Assembly: GCA_043812955.1 (NCBI GenBank)
Contig: JBDRLN010000012.1
Span: 12,749-76,748 of the forward strand
Source: Candidatus Omnitrophota bacterium
GTDB lineage: Bacteria; Omnitrophota; Gorgyraeia; Gygaellales; Profunditerraquicolaceae
DNA length: 64,000 bases
Direction: 5' to 3'
A program made the position numbers and the translations under genes. The notes beneath the pieces were generated by a model that did not search any database, was not told the origin of the DNA, and worked only from the letters and a program-made list of their open reading frames with translations. Below, piece after piece: positions 35,539-44,516 of this stretch (position 1 is its first letter; every line of letters begins with the position of its first letter).

Positions 35539-37016
35539 TATTTATCTCCGCCTACCGTTGGACCGGCTTTTAGCTCTATAAGCGCTTTTCTCGCTGCCAC
35601 GCATATTGCTTCGTAAGAATTTTGCGCACCCATGGCCAACCCTTCCTTTTCTAGATCCTCAGTGAGAAGCGGCTTGCCGAATCTGACTCTAATCGGGTGG
35701 AGTTTGGGATACTTTGCCATACTGGGCCAGGCCTCATAAGCCCCTTCTATAGCTACAGGCACAAGCAACGCCCCTGTCTCCTTGGCTAAGATACCGAACC
35801 CTTTTTTAAATTTTCCGATTTTGCCGGTAGTACTACGCAACCCTTCCGGGAAAAAACACAAACCTTTACCGCGTTTTAATACTAAATAAGCGCTACGTAG
35901 CGCCTCCAGAAAATGCGTTGAATAATCAAAGGGAATAAGTCTCATCATCTTTACAAGATTCCTTAATAGGCGAGATTTTATAAACGGCCTAAAAAAATAC
36001 GGTATGAATAAGAAGTAAAAAAGCTGAAACACTGGCCTACGCGGCAGACTTGCGTTAATGGCCGGCCCATCAAGATCACTCGCGTGATTGGGATATAGAA
36101 TATAAGCTCCGACTTTTGGCACATTCTCTGCTCCTTCTGCCTTAATTCTGAAAAACAATCTACAAATCAAATAATCTATAGCTGTTACGCTAAATCGTAA
36201 CAGCCAGGCGGAAAAACCGGTACTGAATTCCAGCGCCCCCAAATGTTCTTCTTTCGGCAGGACTCGTAAATGTTTTTTCCAGTAGCCTGGTTCTAAAGGT
36301 AAACTTTTATCCTCCTCAGGGCGGATGCCTTTAGCTCCTTTCAACGCATCTGTTATTCCCAGGATAAGATCCTTTACAATAAAGGCTCTCGAGATTGCCT
36401 CGTCTTTTATATCAGCGTTAAAAGCTAACTCAAGGCACGAAGCCAGCTCTACCCTGCCTAATGAATCAATCCCTAAATCCAGCTCTAAAGAATCCTCGAG
36501 TATTATCGGTCTTCTAATACCAGACATCTTCTTTAAACATTCCGAAATTTTTATGCCGGTCTCGGATTCTATCAATAGATGGTCCGCAGCCGAAAGCTCT
36601 TCTAATACCGGGAGAGCGCCTTCTATTCCTGCTCTCACCCTAGGTTCATATATTTCTTTAACCGCATGTCTATCTAACTTGCCAAACAGATCATGCGGTA
36701 GCTCCTCAAGCGTAACAGTAAAACCTTTAAGCCTTTTATGAATAGGAAGCGATGGTGAGGCATTATCAAATCTCTCCTTAATGGCTAAATGCAGATTCAC
36801 TGAGGCGAATTTCCTGAATTCATCAAGATCCGGCTGAATGACAGCCCAAAGAACTTTCGATTTCCCTGCGCCTCCCATTCCGGAGACTGTAAAAACGCAC
36901 ATCTCCTTGACGGGTCCAGCCTTACTATAGAACTCCTCAATCTCTTCCGGGTAAATTTTCTTCTCCAAATTAACTATGATAAAATCTTTTAACCTAATCC
37001 TAAGGTCTTTTATCAT
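35538..37016 (-). CDS. acyl-carrier-protein-like domain fused to lysophospholipid acyltransferase (PlsC family), preceded by a vestigial AMP-binding C-terminal subdomain; N-truncated paralog of 50567..53311
   Basis: Phosphopantetheine site LDLGIDSLGRVEL; PlsC H-x4-D motif YPNHASDLDGP and FPEGLRS; N-terminus aligns to the last ~100 aa of the AMP-ligase domain of the 914-aa paralog. Confidence 0.7.
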   Translation of the reverse strand: MIKDLRIRLKDFIIVNLEKKIYPEEIEEFYSKAGPVKEMCVFTVSGMGGAGKSKVLWAVIQPDLDEFRKFASVNLHLAIKERFDNASPSLPIHKRLKGFTVTLEELPHDLFGKLDRHAVKEIYEPRVRAGIEGALPVLEELSAADHLLIESETGIKISECLKKMSGIRRPIILEDSLELDLGIDSLGRVELASCLELAFNADIKDEAISRAFIVKDLILGITDALKGAKGIRPEEDKSLPLEPGYWKKHLRVLPKEEHLGALEFSTGFSAWLLRFSVTAIDYLICRLFFRIKAEGAENVPKVGAYILYPNHASDLDGPAINASLPRRPVFQLFYFLFIPYFFRPFIKSRLLRNLVKMMRLIPFDYSTHFLEALRSAYLVLKRGKGLCFFPEGLRSTTGKIGKFKKGFGILAKETGALLVPVAIEGAYEAWPSMAKYPKLHPIRVRFGKPLLTEDLEKEGLAMGAQNSYEAICVAARKALIELKAGPTVGGDK

Positions 37017-39760
37017 TTATCCGCCTCATATTTCAATTCCAGAGAATTTGTTGCAGGTGGAATTCTTACGCTCTTTAAACCAGGCAATTGAATATCAATC
37101 GGGGGTTCTTTTGCAAACCAAAGTCCGTGCCATTCGACCAGGATATTTTGCCCCTGGGGTTTTAGGGAAATTTGAATATCTCCAAAACTTGTCGGCGCAG
37201 GCCCAAACGCAATCGTTTGATTTTTCGTAAGCCAGACCAGCGGTATTCCCGAACATAAAATTAATCGGTTGCCTTCTTCGCGCACAAAACAATTTCTTAT
37301 CATCATTACCCATTCTGCTGCGGCCCAGACTTGCTGCCCGTCTCCCATACATCCTCCGCCCGTACGCGGATGTATTGACTCAGGCCATTGTCCCGTGGGT
37401 GAAGCCAATTTTGCCACCGCTGTCATCAAACCAAAATACCTGGGATCCCCCGCACGCAAAAGCACTTGAGCCAAATGCAATGTAAGGTAAGTATTTATCC
37501 CTGAATGGGTCATGTCATGGAAAAATCCTCCGTGAACCAAACAATTTTTCATTAAAAAATCAGCTGTGTCTAAAATCCTTGGATCGTTCTCTTTAAAAAC
37601 ACGGAGCGGATAACTGGCAGCCAAAGAGCCGATCGCTCCTGAATCCAAACGCCGATAAGGAGAAGCTGGCATCGCAGGCCTTTTTAAACGAACATCTACT
37701 TGCTTTAAACTTTGATTAATACTCTCCAGTAGCGCGTTTGACTCCTTTTCAAACAAATTAGCCTCATCATTATCCTTGTAAGCAGCACACATTAAGGCCG
37801 CTGCTTTTAATCCCTCAACACCCCAAAAATCATCCCAATAATAAAAATCATTCGGCCCCAAATGCTCGGCGCTAAATCCCGAAGGTAATAAGCCTGCATG
37901 GGGAGATTGTAAATTACTAGGCAAACGCTTTTTATAAATCCACTTACCCGCCTTAGTAATTGATTCTTTCCACTCTCTTGGCGGAATATTTCCTGACATC
38001 TGGCAATACTGACGCATAATCCATAAGGCCTCGCCGTTAGAATCCCATTCCCCTTCCTGAGAGAGGAAATAACCTTGGGCTGTCTGACGGGCGCGGAAAC
38101 AATCCAAGGAGCGTCGAACACGCTCCTTGAACCCGACACATAACAAGGCATTTAATATGAAAGCGGCATCGCGAAACCAAAACTGCCGGTAAATATAAGG
38201 CCCAGGATAAACTTCCTTGGGAGAATGCAAAACCATGGTGTAGATAGCGGCTTCGTAAAGAAACTTAAAAAATTCATCAGGAATCTGCAAAGAACATACG
38301 CCTTGAAGACTTTTCTTCCATGCTAGTTTCGCAGTTTCTTGATAGCTCAAAAGGGATTTTTTTTCATATTTGTTTTTCGTTAAAGGTACGGACATAGTAA
38401 TTTCTTCTGATTTATTCGCCTCCAATATATAAACGGCTGCTGCGCTGGCCATACCCACTTTACATGAAATTTCTTTTTCATACATTCGCCCGCCGCAAGA
38501 ACCAACAGCGGGCTCAGTATTCCGCCCAAGGGACTCCTGACTTAATCCCTGATGGGCTCCATTTTCCTTGCAAGACAATCGGCTATAAACATCGCCTCGA
38601 TGATAATCCGAAAATACCCACTGATCCGGAGGCTTATCAAAATAGACAAAATTTTCTCGATTTACTTGCCAGCCTAACGAATCTTCAAAGAGTGTAATAC
38701 TATTTATAAAGCTCACCCCTTCGGGGTTATAAGGCCTGAGAGAAACAATTAACCGCGCCTTGACGCCAGCAGTTCCTGTGATTTTAACCTGGCAAAGAGG
38801 CGCTTGAATCGAACCTATAACTTGCGCTTCCAACCGGAGTTTTAATTGATCCAGACTTGATTCTGTAATCACACAAAGATTGTTATTCATAATCATCTTT
38901 TGTGATACACTTGGGCTACGCGACGGGATTAATGGCTCTCCCTCTTCTGGGATAATCCAAACATCAATAGACCAGCTATCGTAATAGGGAGTAACCAGGC
39001 CATGAGGGTCTACAAGAGAAAATTCGGCACTGTCGGGAACACCCAAAGCTGTCCAATTTCTATGGGTGAGATTAATTTGGGTCATAGAAAAAGAACGGGG
39101 GATAAACGCAACGTTACGAGGGTTATATTGACATTCGACCCAATACGGCCAGATCCAATCCAGGTTATGCTGGATGGCTAAACTATTTATCAAACCACGA
39201 GCGTGCAAGACAGCACCTAAACGCAACAGCTCCATCGGGACTGCCACCTCTGAGGGTTGGGCAAAATTCTGTAATTGAGAAAGAAGCTTAGTAGGATCTA
39301 AAAAACCGTGCTTACGCGCAGCATCTCTTACTAAAAATCTCCACGGGAACCATTTCCACCACACAAAATAACCTCCCTCTTTCTTTAAGGTTCTAAAAAC
39401 CCACCATTTAAAGCAACTATAGGTAAACAAGCCCGTTAATATCGTGGCAATGATTAAAGCTAATAAAACAGCACCGTGCCAAATTCTAAGAATAGTTTGA
39501 TTTGTTAAAACATTAATGCCTAAGGCTAAAGAATTAATCAGTGCATAGCGGCCGACTTCAGCAAACGATAACGGCTTGTTATATTTAAACGTCCAAAATT
39601 TAATAAGAAAAAACCCGGCAATACCCGCGCACGTAAACGAGATGCCTTTGGATAAGCTAAAGGGAAGAAAATGAAATAAAATATAATAAATACTAAAGTC
39701 TGTTGCATTGATAATAGCCCCCGCAATTAAAAACCGGATTATCTCTTTTTTAGTATTCAT
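37013..39760 (-). CDS. GtrA-like membrane anchor fused to a GH15-like (alpha/alpha)6 glycoside hydrolase domain
   Basis: N-terminal RFLIAGAIINATDFSIYYIL is a GtrA-family motif with 4 TM helices; the GH15-type signature YIYRQFWFRDAAF is in the C-terminal half; 915 aa. Confidence 0.55.
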   Translation of the reverse strand: MNTKKEIIRFLIAGAIINATDFSIYYILFHFLPFSLSKGISFTCAGIAGFFLIKFWTFKYNKPLSFAEVGRYALINSLALGINVLTNQTILRIWHGAVLLALIIATILTGLFTYSCFKWWVFRTLKKEGGYFVWWKWFPWRFLVRDAARKHGFLDPTKLLSQLQNFAQPSEVAVPMELLRLGAVLHARGLINSLAIQHNLDWIWPYWVECQYNPRNVAFIPRSFSMTQINLTHRNWTALGVPDSAEFSLVDPHGLVTPYYDSWSIDVWIIPEEGEPLIPSRSPSVSQKMIMNNNLCVITESSLDQLKLRLEAQVIGSIQAPLCQVKITGTAGVKARLIVSLRPYNPEGVSFINSITLFEDSLGWQVNRENFVYFDKPPDQWVFSDYHRGDVYSRLSCKENGAHQGLSQESLGRNTEPAVGSCGGRMYEKEISCKVGMASAAAVYILEANKSEEITMSVPLTKNKYEKKSLLSYQETAKLAWKKSLQGVCSLQIPDEFFKFLYEAAIYTMVLHSPKEVYPGPYIYRQFWFRDAAFILNALLCVGFKERVRRSLDCFRARQTAQGYFLSQEGEWDSNGEALWIMRQYCQMSGNIPPREWKESITKAGKWIYKKRLPSNLQSPHAGLLPSGFSAEHLGPNDFYYWDDFWGVEGLKAAALMCAAYKDNDEANLFEKESNALLESINQSLKQVDVRLKRPAMPASPYRRLDSGAIGSLAASYPLRVFKENDPRILDTADFLMKNCLVHGGFFHDMTHSGINTYLTLHLAQVLLRAGDPRYFGLMTAVAKLASPTGQWPESIHPRTGGGCMGDGQQVWAAAEWVMMIRNCFVREEGNRLILCSGIPLVWLTKNQTIAFGPAPTSFGDIQISLKPQGQNILVEWHGLWFAKEPPIDIQLPGLKSVRIPPATNSLELKYEADK

Positions 39761-39781
39761 ACTTATGTAAAATTTATCTTC

Positions 39782-41077
39782 CTAAGACGATGGGGCCTGC
39801 AACAACCCATGCTTGTCAGAGTTTAGCCTTATCCATTGCTTAATAATAAAATAACCCATGAAGCGAAAGATAGCATTTCTTAAGCGAAGCTTAAAGAGCA
39901 GTGAAATTGACCTGCGAAGAGAATAGAATTTAGTATATGCCTTAAGCACGCAAAGTTGTAATTCTTGGGCAGATAATAATTTTGGCTTAAAAACAATATG
40001 TTGGCCGTCATAAAAGCTCCAATCTTTGCTGAAAATCCTTTTTTGAGCTTCCAGTTCCTGATAAACTTTAGTCCCGGGAAAAGGAGTGAGGACTGCCATT
40101 TGAATGGTATCTATTTTATGCTTTATAGCAAACCTCAAGGTTTCCCAAACCGTATTTTTGTTATCATCTTCTCCTCCCAAAACAAACATGCCGTGGATTT
40201 TTATTCTTTTTTGATGAAAAGAGCGAATAGCATTAACAATTTCTTCGATGGTTTGGTTCTTTTGATAAGCCTTAAGAGTCCTGGGATTAATAGATTCAAA
40301 GCCTATACAGACAAGTTTACATCCTGCCCGAGCCATAAGATTTAACAGCCCATTATCTTTGGCAACGTCACAACGCACCTGGCAGCTCCAATTACTTATT
40401 TTATGTTTTAACAAAAGTTCCAATAAGCGCTTTGTACGTTTAGTATGCGCGGTAAAATTATCATCGCAGAAAAAGAAGGATTTTGTATTCCTGGATTTCA
40501 TTTCATTGACAATATTTTCAGCGCTGCGGAAACGGTATTTGCGGCCGAACATCTTTGTGACTGAACAAAAACTGCAATCAAAAGGACAGCCCCTGGAGGT
40601 AGAAATAGGGTGCAATGGAGAAGGCAGCTTAAATCCTTTAATCAATGAAAAATCCGGGATTGGCAGGATATCCAGGTCCGCAACCGGCTTACCAAAAACA
40701 ATCGGCTCTGTCCTTCTACCCTCAACCACATCAATGATAACCTCCTCAGCCTCTCCTACCACAACTTGTCTGGCAAACTCCAGCGCCTCATCAGGCATAA
40801 GACTTGCATGGACTCCGCCTATGATCACTTTTTCTTTAAGGAATCTTTTGGCTATTTCATAACCGCGCTTGGCTGTTGGAGTCAATATAGAAATACCGAT
40901 AAGATCCGCCTTTAAACTCGCATAATCAGGCGCAAGGATATTTTCGTTATATACCTCGACCTCATGACCCCTATTTTTTAAAATAGTCCCCAGATAAACA
41001 GGGCCCAATAAGGGCATGGGTATTTTACTATAGACATTTGCCTCGCACGCGCGAGGCTCAATAAGCACGATTTTCAT
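39782..41077 (-). CDS. B12-binding domain radical SAM enzyme (class B)
   Basis: N-terminal cobalamin-binding Rossmann-like domain, then CPFDCSFCS (CxxxCxxC) and a TIM-barrel region; 431 aa. Confidence 0.8.
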   Translation of the reverse strand: MKIVLIEPRACEANVYSKIPMPLLGPVYLGTILKNRGHEVEVYNENILAPDYASLKADLIGISILTPTAKRGYEIAKRFLKEKVIIGGVHASLMPDEALEFARQVVVGEAEEVIIDVVEGRRTEPIVFGKPVADLDILPIPDFSLIKGFKLPSPLHPISTSRGCPFDCSFCSVTKMFGRKYRFRSAENIVNEMKSRNTKSFFFCDDNFTAHTKRTKRLLELLLKHKISNWSCQVRCDVAKDNGLLNLMARAGCKLVCIGFESINPRTLKAYQKNQTIEEIVNAIRSFHQKRIKIHGMFVLGGEDDNKNTVWETLRFAIKHKIDTIQMAVLTPFPGTKVYQELEAQKRIFSKDWSFYDGQHIVFKPKLLSAQELQLCVLKAYTKFYSLRRSISLLFKLRLRNAIFRFMGYFIIKQWIRLNSDKHGLLQAPSS

Positions 41078-41165
41078 TTTTATAGTTTATTAGAGTGACC
41101 GTCTCTATATCAACTAACGCCCCCGCAAATCATTGGTGGGGGGCGCTAGCAAGAATATAATCCTC

Positions 41166-41285
41166 TTAAGACTTCATGATGTTTCGGCCTGCTCGACGAT
41201 TTTTAACCATTCCCTTACCGCCAGGACTCTTCTTAGCACGCCTCTTGGCTGCAGTCATTCTGCCTCCCCTGCTTTTCTTTGCCAT
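41166..41285 (-). CDS. 39-aa highly basic small protein (not in ORF track)
   Basis: MAKKSRGGRMTAAKRRAKKSPGGKGMVKNRRAGRNIMKS preceded by a strong SD (GGAGGTGATTGAAAAATG) and sited just downstream of a terminator-like hairpin. Confidence 0.4.
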   Translation of the reverse strand: MAKKSRGGRMTAAKRRAKKSPGGKGMVKNRRAGRNIMKS

Positions 41286-41316
41286 TTTTCAATCACCTCC
41301 TTCCGCAAAAAGCGTA

Positions 41317-41345
41317 ACACCGGACGATCCGATACGGCCGGGTGT
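41317..41345 (-). terminator. hairpin (ACACCGG...CCGGGTGT) followed by a T-run on the minus strand; putative terminator of the patatin gene
   Basis: Minus strand: ACACCCGGCCGTATCGGATCGTCCGGTGTTACGCTTTTTGCGG. Confidence 0.35.
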
Positions 41346-41348
41346 ATT

Positions 41349-42560
41349 TTATTTACCCTCTGCCACAAGTCCGGGCGGAGCCTTGTGCCACTTATACCCA
41401 ACTGCTGCGTCGTCATATCCGCGCTTAAAAAGCCTCTTCATTTCCTGCTTATCAAACATCTCTTTTTGATTAGGCTTAAAATCATCTGGAATATACGCTA
41501 AATTATAATCCCATCCTCTTTCCTTCGCGAATGCGTAAATCCTGTAAGTGTCCCCGGCCATTTTTGACGCTCCATTGGTTTCAATCAAACGCGAAGTTAT
41601 CGCCGGCAGATTTACTTCTATCTGTTTGGAGTGCGGCGACATATAACAACAATTTAGGATATAAACCCGAGTCCTGAATCCTTCCTGATTGATCTCGGAT
41701 GATTGAACCGTAGATCCCCCCCCTTCCATTAGCTGATGAATATAAAAAAGCCCGCCAATAACCCCGCCGTCAGCATGCATCTCGTCATAACGCCTACCGC
41801 CGGCTTCAACTTGAAAATAGACCGGAGGAAGCATAGCTGAAAACGAGCAGGAGGCCAAAATTATTTTGCGGAACATTTTCATTGAATCGAGGCTTCCTCG
41901 GGATGCCAGCGCTCCCATGTCCCATATAACAAACCCCTGGGCGTCAAGATCCGAGGTTCCTACATATAGCCTGCGCCCTTTCCTATGCTCTTCGGCGATC
42001 CGCGCCATTAAATCCTCATCCACAATATCATCGATTTTTTTAGCGAACAGGGCTGAGCTATACACAGAATCTCCGAACAGAATGCCAAAAATACTCTTTG
42101 GTCTCACAACATCTTTGGTCGATATTGAGGTAAACAGGTCCGCAAGCCGGTCTTCATAGTCTTTTCCTGAAAACGCGGCAAGAGCGATGATCGATCCACT
42201 GGAATAGCCTGTAACTATCTTAAATACCGGCCGAGAGCCTTCCTTTGACCACCCGTGCAATAGCCCTATACCGTAAGCGCTGTTGGATACACCGCCTCCG
42301 ATTATAAGCACAGGGTACGTCTTGATACCGTCAACTAAATAGTCTGATTTGCCTTCTTCTTTAAAGGAATCTACCAGGCTCTGCCGCATCAAATAGAAAG
42401 AATCGGGCTTACCTTCATAGTAGCGTATATCCGGCATACCGACAACGACGGCCTTGCCAACAAGATTTTCCGGTACAGCATGTCGCACATGGGCACACCC
42501 TGATGCTGCGAAAACACAGGTTATTATTATAAATAAATGATATAATTTCTTTTGTCTCAT
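41349..42560 (-). CDS. secreted/lipoprotein patatin-like phospholipase (paralog of 46827..48104)
   Basis: Signal peptide + Cys; GGGVSNSAYGIG oxyanion motif and GYSSGS (G-x-S-x-G) nucleophile motif. The C-terminus LFKRGYDDAAVGYKWHKAPPG is shared with the paralog. Confidence 0.75.
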   Translation of the reverse strand: MRQKKLYHLFIIITCVFAASGCAHVRHAVPENLVGKAVVVGMPDIRYYEGKPDSFYLMRQSLVDSFKEEGKSDYLVDGIKTYPVLIIGGGVSNSAYGIGLLHGWSKEGSRPVFKIVTGYSSGSIIALAAFSGKDYEDRLADLFTSISTKDVVRPKSIFGILFGDSVYSSALFAKKIDDIVDEDLMARIAEEHRKGRRLYVGTSDLDAQGFVIWDMGALASRGSLDSMKMFRKIILASCSFSAMLPPVYFQVEAGGRRYDEMHADGGVIGGLFYIHQLMEGGGSTVQSSEINQEGFRTRVYILNCCYMSPHSKQIEVNLPAITSRLIETNGASKMAGDTYRIYAFAKERGWDYNLAYIPDDFKPNQKEMFDKQEMKRLFKRGYDDAAVGYKWHKAPPGLVAEGK

Positions 42561-42618
42561 ATTGTGTATCCTTAGTGTTGGGGAACGCCTATTAAAGAAA
42601 CTCTCCTAACCTCTCGAG

Positions 42619-42786
42619 CTATGTCTTCTTGCCAATTAAAAAATAAAGCGCCATACCGACAACAGGCAGGATAAGTATCAGCATAATCCACAATGCCTTT
42701 TTACCAGTGTCCATTGAACTTTTTAGAGCATCAACAATGGCGATAATGTCTAGAACTAAAACCAGTAACCCTAATATTCCTCCCAT
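42619..42786 (-). CDS. small membrane protein with PLD/cardiolipin-synthase N-terminal-like domain (55 aa; not in ORF track)
   Basis: MGGILGLLVLVLDIIAIVDALKSSMDTGKKALWIMLILILPVVGMALYFLIGKKT; SD GGAAGG. Confidence 0.55.
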   Translation of the reverse strand: MGGILGLLVLVLDIIAIVDALKSSMDTGKKALWIMLILILPVVGMALYFLIGKKT

Positions 42787-42804
42787 AGACCTTCCTTCGA
42801 AGAA

Positions 42805-42969
42805 TTATACGGACCGTGTCCTTCCAAAAATAAAGATGATAACCGCCAAAACTAAGAAAATAAAGAACAAAATTTTAGCGATATCCATAGCCGAACCTGC
42901 AATCCGCGTAAATCCAAACAACGCCGCAACAATTGCGATAACCAAGAATGTAGCTGCCCATCGTAACAT
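42805..42969 (-). CDS. UPF0391/DUF1328 family small membrane protein (54 aa; not in ORF track)
   Basis: [54 protein letters not shown] matches the DUF1328 pattern (MLRWA...LFGFGGIAG...[11 protein letters not shown]); SD GGGGAGGG. Confidence 0.6.
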   Translation of the reverse strand: MLRWAATFLVIAIVAALFGFTRIAGSAMDIAKILFFIFLVLAVIIFIFGRTRSV

Positions 42970-43024
42970 AGTACCCTCCCCGCCTGCCGATGAAGCAGGT
43001 CTTATTCTTATTTTATTTTACAAT

Positions 43025-43156
43025 TTATTTACCGATATTTTCAATATGCTTTCCCGTATTCTCTATATCTTTTCCTGCGCCTCTCATTGCGTTACAGCCT
43101 AAGAGTGAAGTCATTAAAATCAGGGCTAGCAAGCTCAATAAAGTAAGTTTTTTCAT
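43025..43156 (-). CDS. entericidin A/B family small lipoprotein (43 aa; not in ORF track)
   Basis: MKKLTLLSLLALILMTSLLGCNAMRGAGKDIENTGKHIENIGK: lipobox LLGC followed by the NxMRGAGxDIxNxGKxIE entericidin pattern; SD GGGAGAA. Confidence 0.6.
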   Translation of the reverse strand: MKKLTLLSLLALILMTSLLGCNAMRGAGKDIENTGKHIENIGK

Positions 43157-43190
43157 ATTGTTCTCCCTTGTGTACAAACACAACATGCAC

Positions 43191-43454
43191 CTATACGTTC
43201 CTTACGACCAAGCGTGTCAGGCCCACTAAAATCACTGCGCCAGCAAGGGCCACTAAGAATGCGCCTACCGAACTACTGGTATATATTCCCATCCCTCTGG
43301 CAATCCATCCGCCAAGCATAGCTCCCACAATCCCGACCACGATATCTGCGATAAGCCCAAACCCCCGGCCTCTGACGATCAGCCCCGCCAACCACCCGAT
43401 CACCGCACCGATAAGGAGAAACCACGCCCAATATCCTGTAGTATTATATTCCAT
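43191..43454 (-). CDS. GlsB/YeaQ/YmgE family (transglycosylase-associated) stress membrane protein
   Basis: WFLLIGAVIGWLAGLIVRGRGFGLIADIVVGIVGAMLGGWI is the family signature; 87 aa. Confidence 0.75.
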   Translation of the reverse strand: MEYNTTGYWAWFLLIGAVIGWLAGLIVRGRGFGLIADIVVGIVGAMLGGWIARGMGIYTSSSVGAFLVALAGAVILVGLTRLVVRNV

Positions 43455-43466
43455 GTTCGTTTCCTC

Positions 43467-43486
43467 CCTGCCTGCCGACAGGCAGG
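43467..43486. repeat. 20-bp palindrome CCTGCCTGCCGACAGGCAGG immediately upstream of the SD of the YeaQ-family gene
   Basis: Minus strand: CCTGCCTGTCGGCAGGCAGGGAGGAAACGAACATG. Confidence 0.7.
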
Positions 43487-43517
43487 CTTTTTGTTGTTAC
43501 CTGTTACCGTTTTTTAT

Positions 43518-43913
43518 TTATATCTCTCCTTTCTTTTTAAACGCACTATTAATAAGATCAACCAGCGCCTGGTCATTAAACGGTTTTTGTAAAAAACCTA
43601 CGGCCCCTGCATTTATAGCCTTCTTATTAAGCCTATAATTTTTATCCGCCGACATCATAATAATCGGGCGGCTAGAACCTGATTTAATAAGTTGCTGCTG
43701 CGTTTCCCATCCGTCTAATCCCGGCATATGGATATCCAGGAGTAAACAACCGGGAACGCTATTGGGCACAGCGCAAAAAAATTCTCCTGCGGAAGTAAAG
43801 GTATCCACAGTAAACCCGTACGTAGCCAGCAGGATGCTGAGCGCGCGGCATACTGAGATATCGTCATCCACAATAAAAATTTGTTTATTCCCCGGTGACA
43901 TTTTCTTTTCCAT
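43518..43913 (-). CDS. stand-alone receiver domain protein (paralog of the receiver of 44517..45137)
   Basis: IFIVDDDISVCRALSILLATYGF...LLLDIHMPGLDG...LQKPF; 131 aa. Confidence 0.8.
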   Translation of the reverse strand: MEKKMSPGNKQIFIVDDDISVCRALSILLATYGFTVDTFTSAGEFFCAVPNSVPGCLLLDIHMPGLDGWETQQQLIKSGSSRPIIMMSADKNYRLNKKAINAGAVGFLQKPFNDQALVDLINSAFKKKGEI

Positions 43914-43956
43914 CCTTACGTTACACCTTATCTTACTTGTAATGCTATTATTTGTA

Positions 43957-44355
43957 CTATTTAAGATTATTTTCTTGTTCAGTAATTTTAGCAGCCTTAA
44001 CTCCGCCTCCGGGATTGACAGTCTCTAGAAATTCATATGATGGTTGAGCATAGACCCTATTTTTATCCCGCTGGACTAACTTACCGTCAAGAAAAAATAC
44101 TTCTGAATATATAATGCCCAGCGCGTTCATTTTCTCTATTTTTGACCTATTATTATTCGGATATTCCCAAACCTCATATTTTTTATTGTCTACTACCAGC
44201 GTACTTATTTTTTGCGGCTCCCCGATCTTGCGGATCACCTCTTCTTTGGACATTCCATACGTTAAGTCCATGTGTTCGGCTTGGTCAAAATTTTGAAAGA
44301 TAAAACCGCATCCCGATAACACCATCAATAAGAAAAAAACTATTAAGTTTCTCAT
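43957..44355 (-). CDS. hypothetical lipoprotein
   Basis: MRNLIVFFLLMVLSGCGF lipobox; no domain recognised. Confidence 0.5.
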   Translation of the reverse strand: MRNLIVFFLLMVLSGCGFIFQNFDQAEHMDLTYGMSKEEVIRKIGEPQKISTLVVDNKKYEVWEYPNNNRSKIEKMNALGIIYSEVFFLDGKLVQRDKNRVYAQPSYEFLETVNPGGGVKAAKITEQENNLK

Positions 44356-44433
44356 ATCTAACCCCCCTAAAATAAGACATCGAATTAGAAATAGCTTATG
44401 ATGGCATTATAGAAATATATCAGAATAAAATCA

Positions 44434-44453
44434 ATTGTACCTGGGTATAATCG
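44434..44453. promoter_or_regulatory. 20-bp near-palindrome AATTGTACCTGGGTATAATC (copy 1 of 3) upstream of the 43957..44355 lipoprotein gene and downstream of the FixJ-type regulator
   Basis: Related copies at 48147-48166 (perfect AATTATACC-TG-GGTATAATT) and 54241-54260. Confidence 0.5.
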
Positions 44454-44516
44454 AAAGGTTTTACGGTGCTAGTAGAGAAGATTGTATCGTTGAAGTGATT
44501 GATAAGAAATTAACGC

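Noticed and set aside
37095-37352. 85-aa minus-strand ORF nested in the GH15-like gene and 49512..49778 minus ORF across the fabF/plsC junction
   Set aside because: They are embedded in or overlap stronger coding frames, with no SD and no domain. The 49512..49778 ORF is antisense to the PlsC-fragment frame.
34219-42560. Horizontally acquired genomic island inferred from apparently higher GC
   Set aside because: Hand counts of several 60-nt samples gave 40-48% GC here against 32-55% elsewhere in the window. There is no clear compositional break and no integrase or tRNA boundary, so the claim is not supportable without a proper GC/skew scan.
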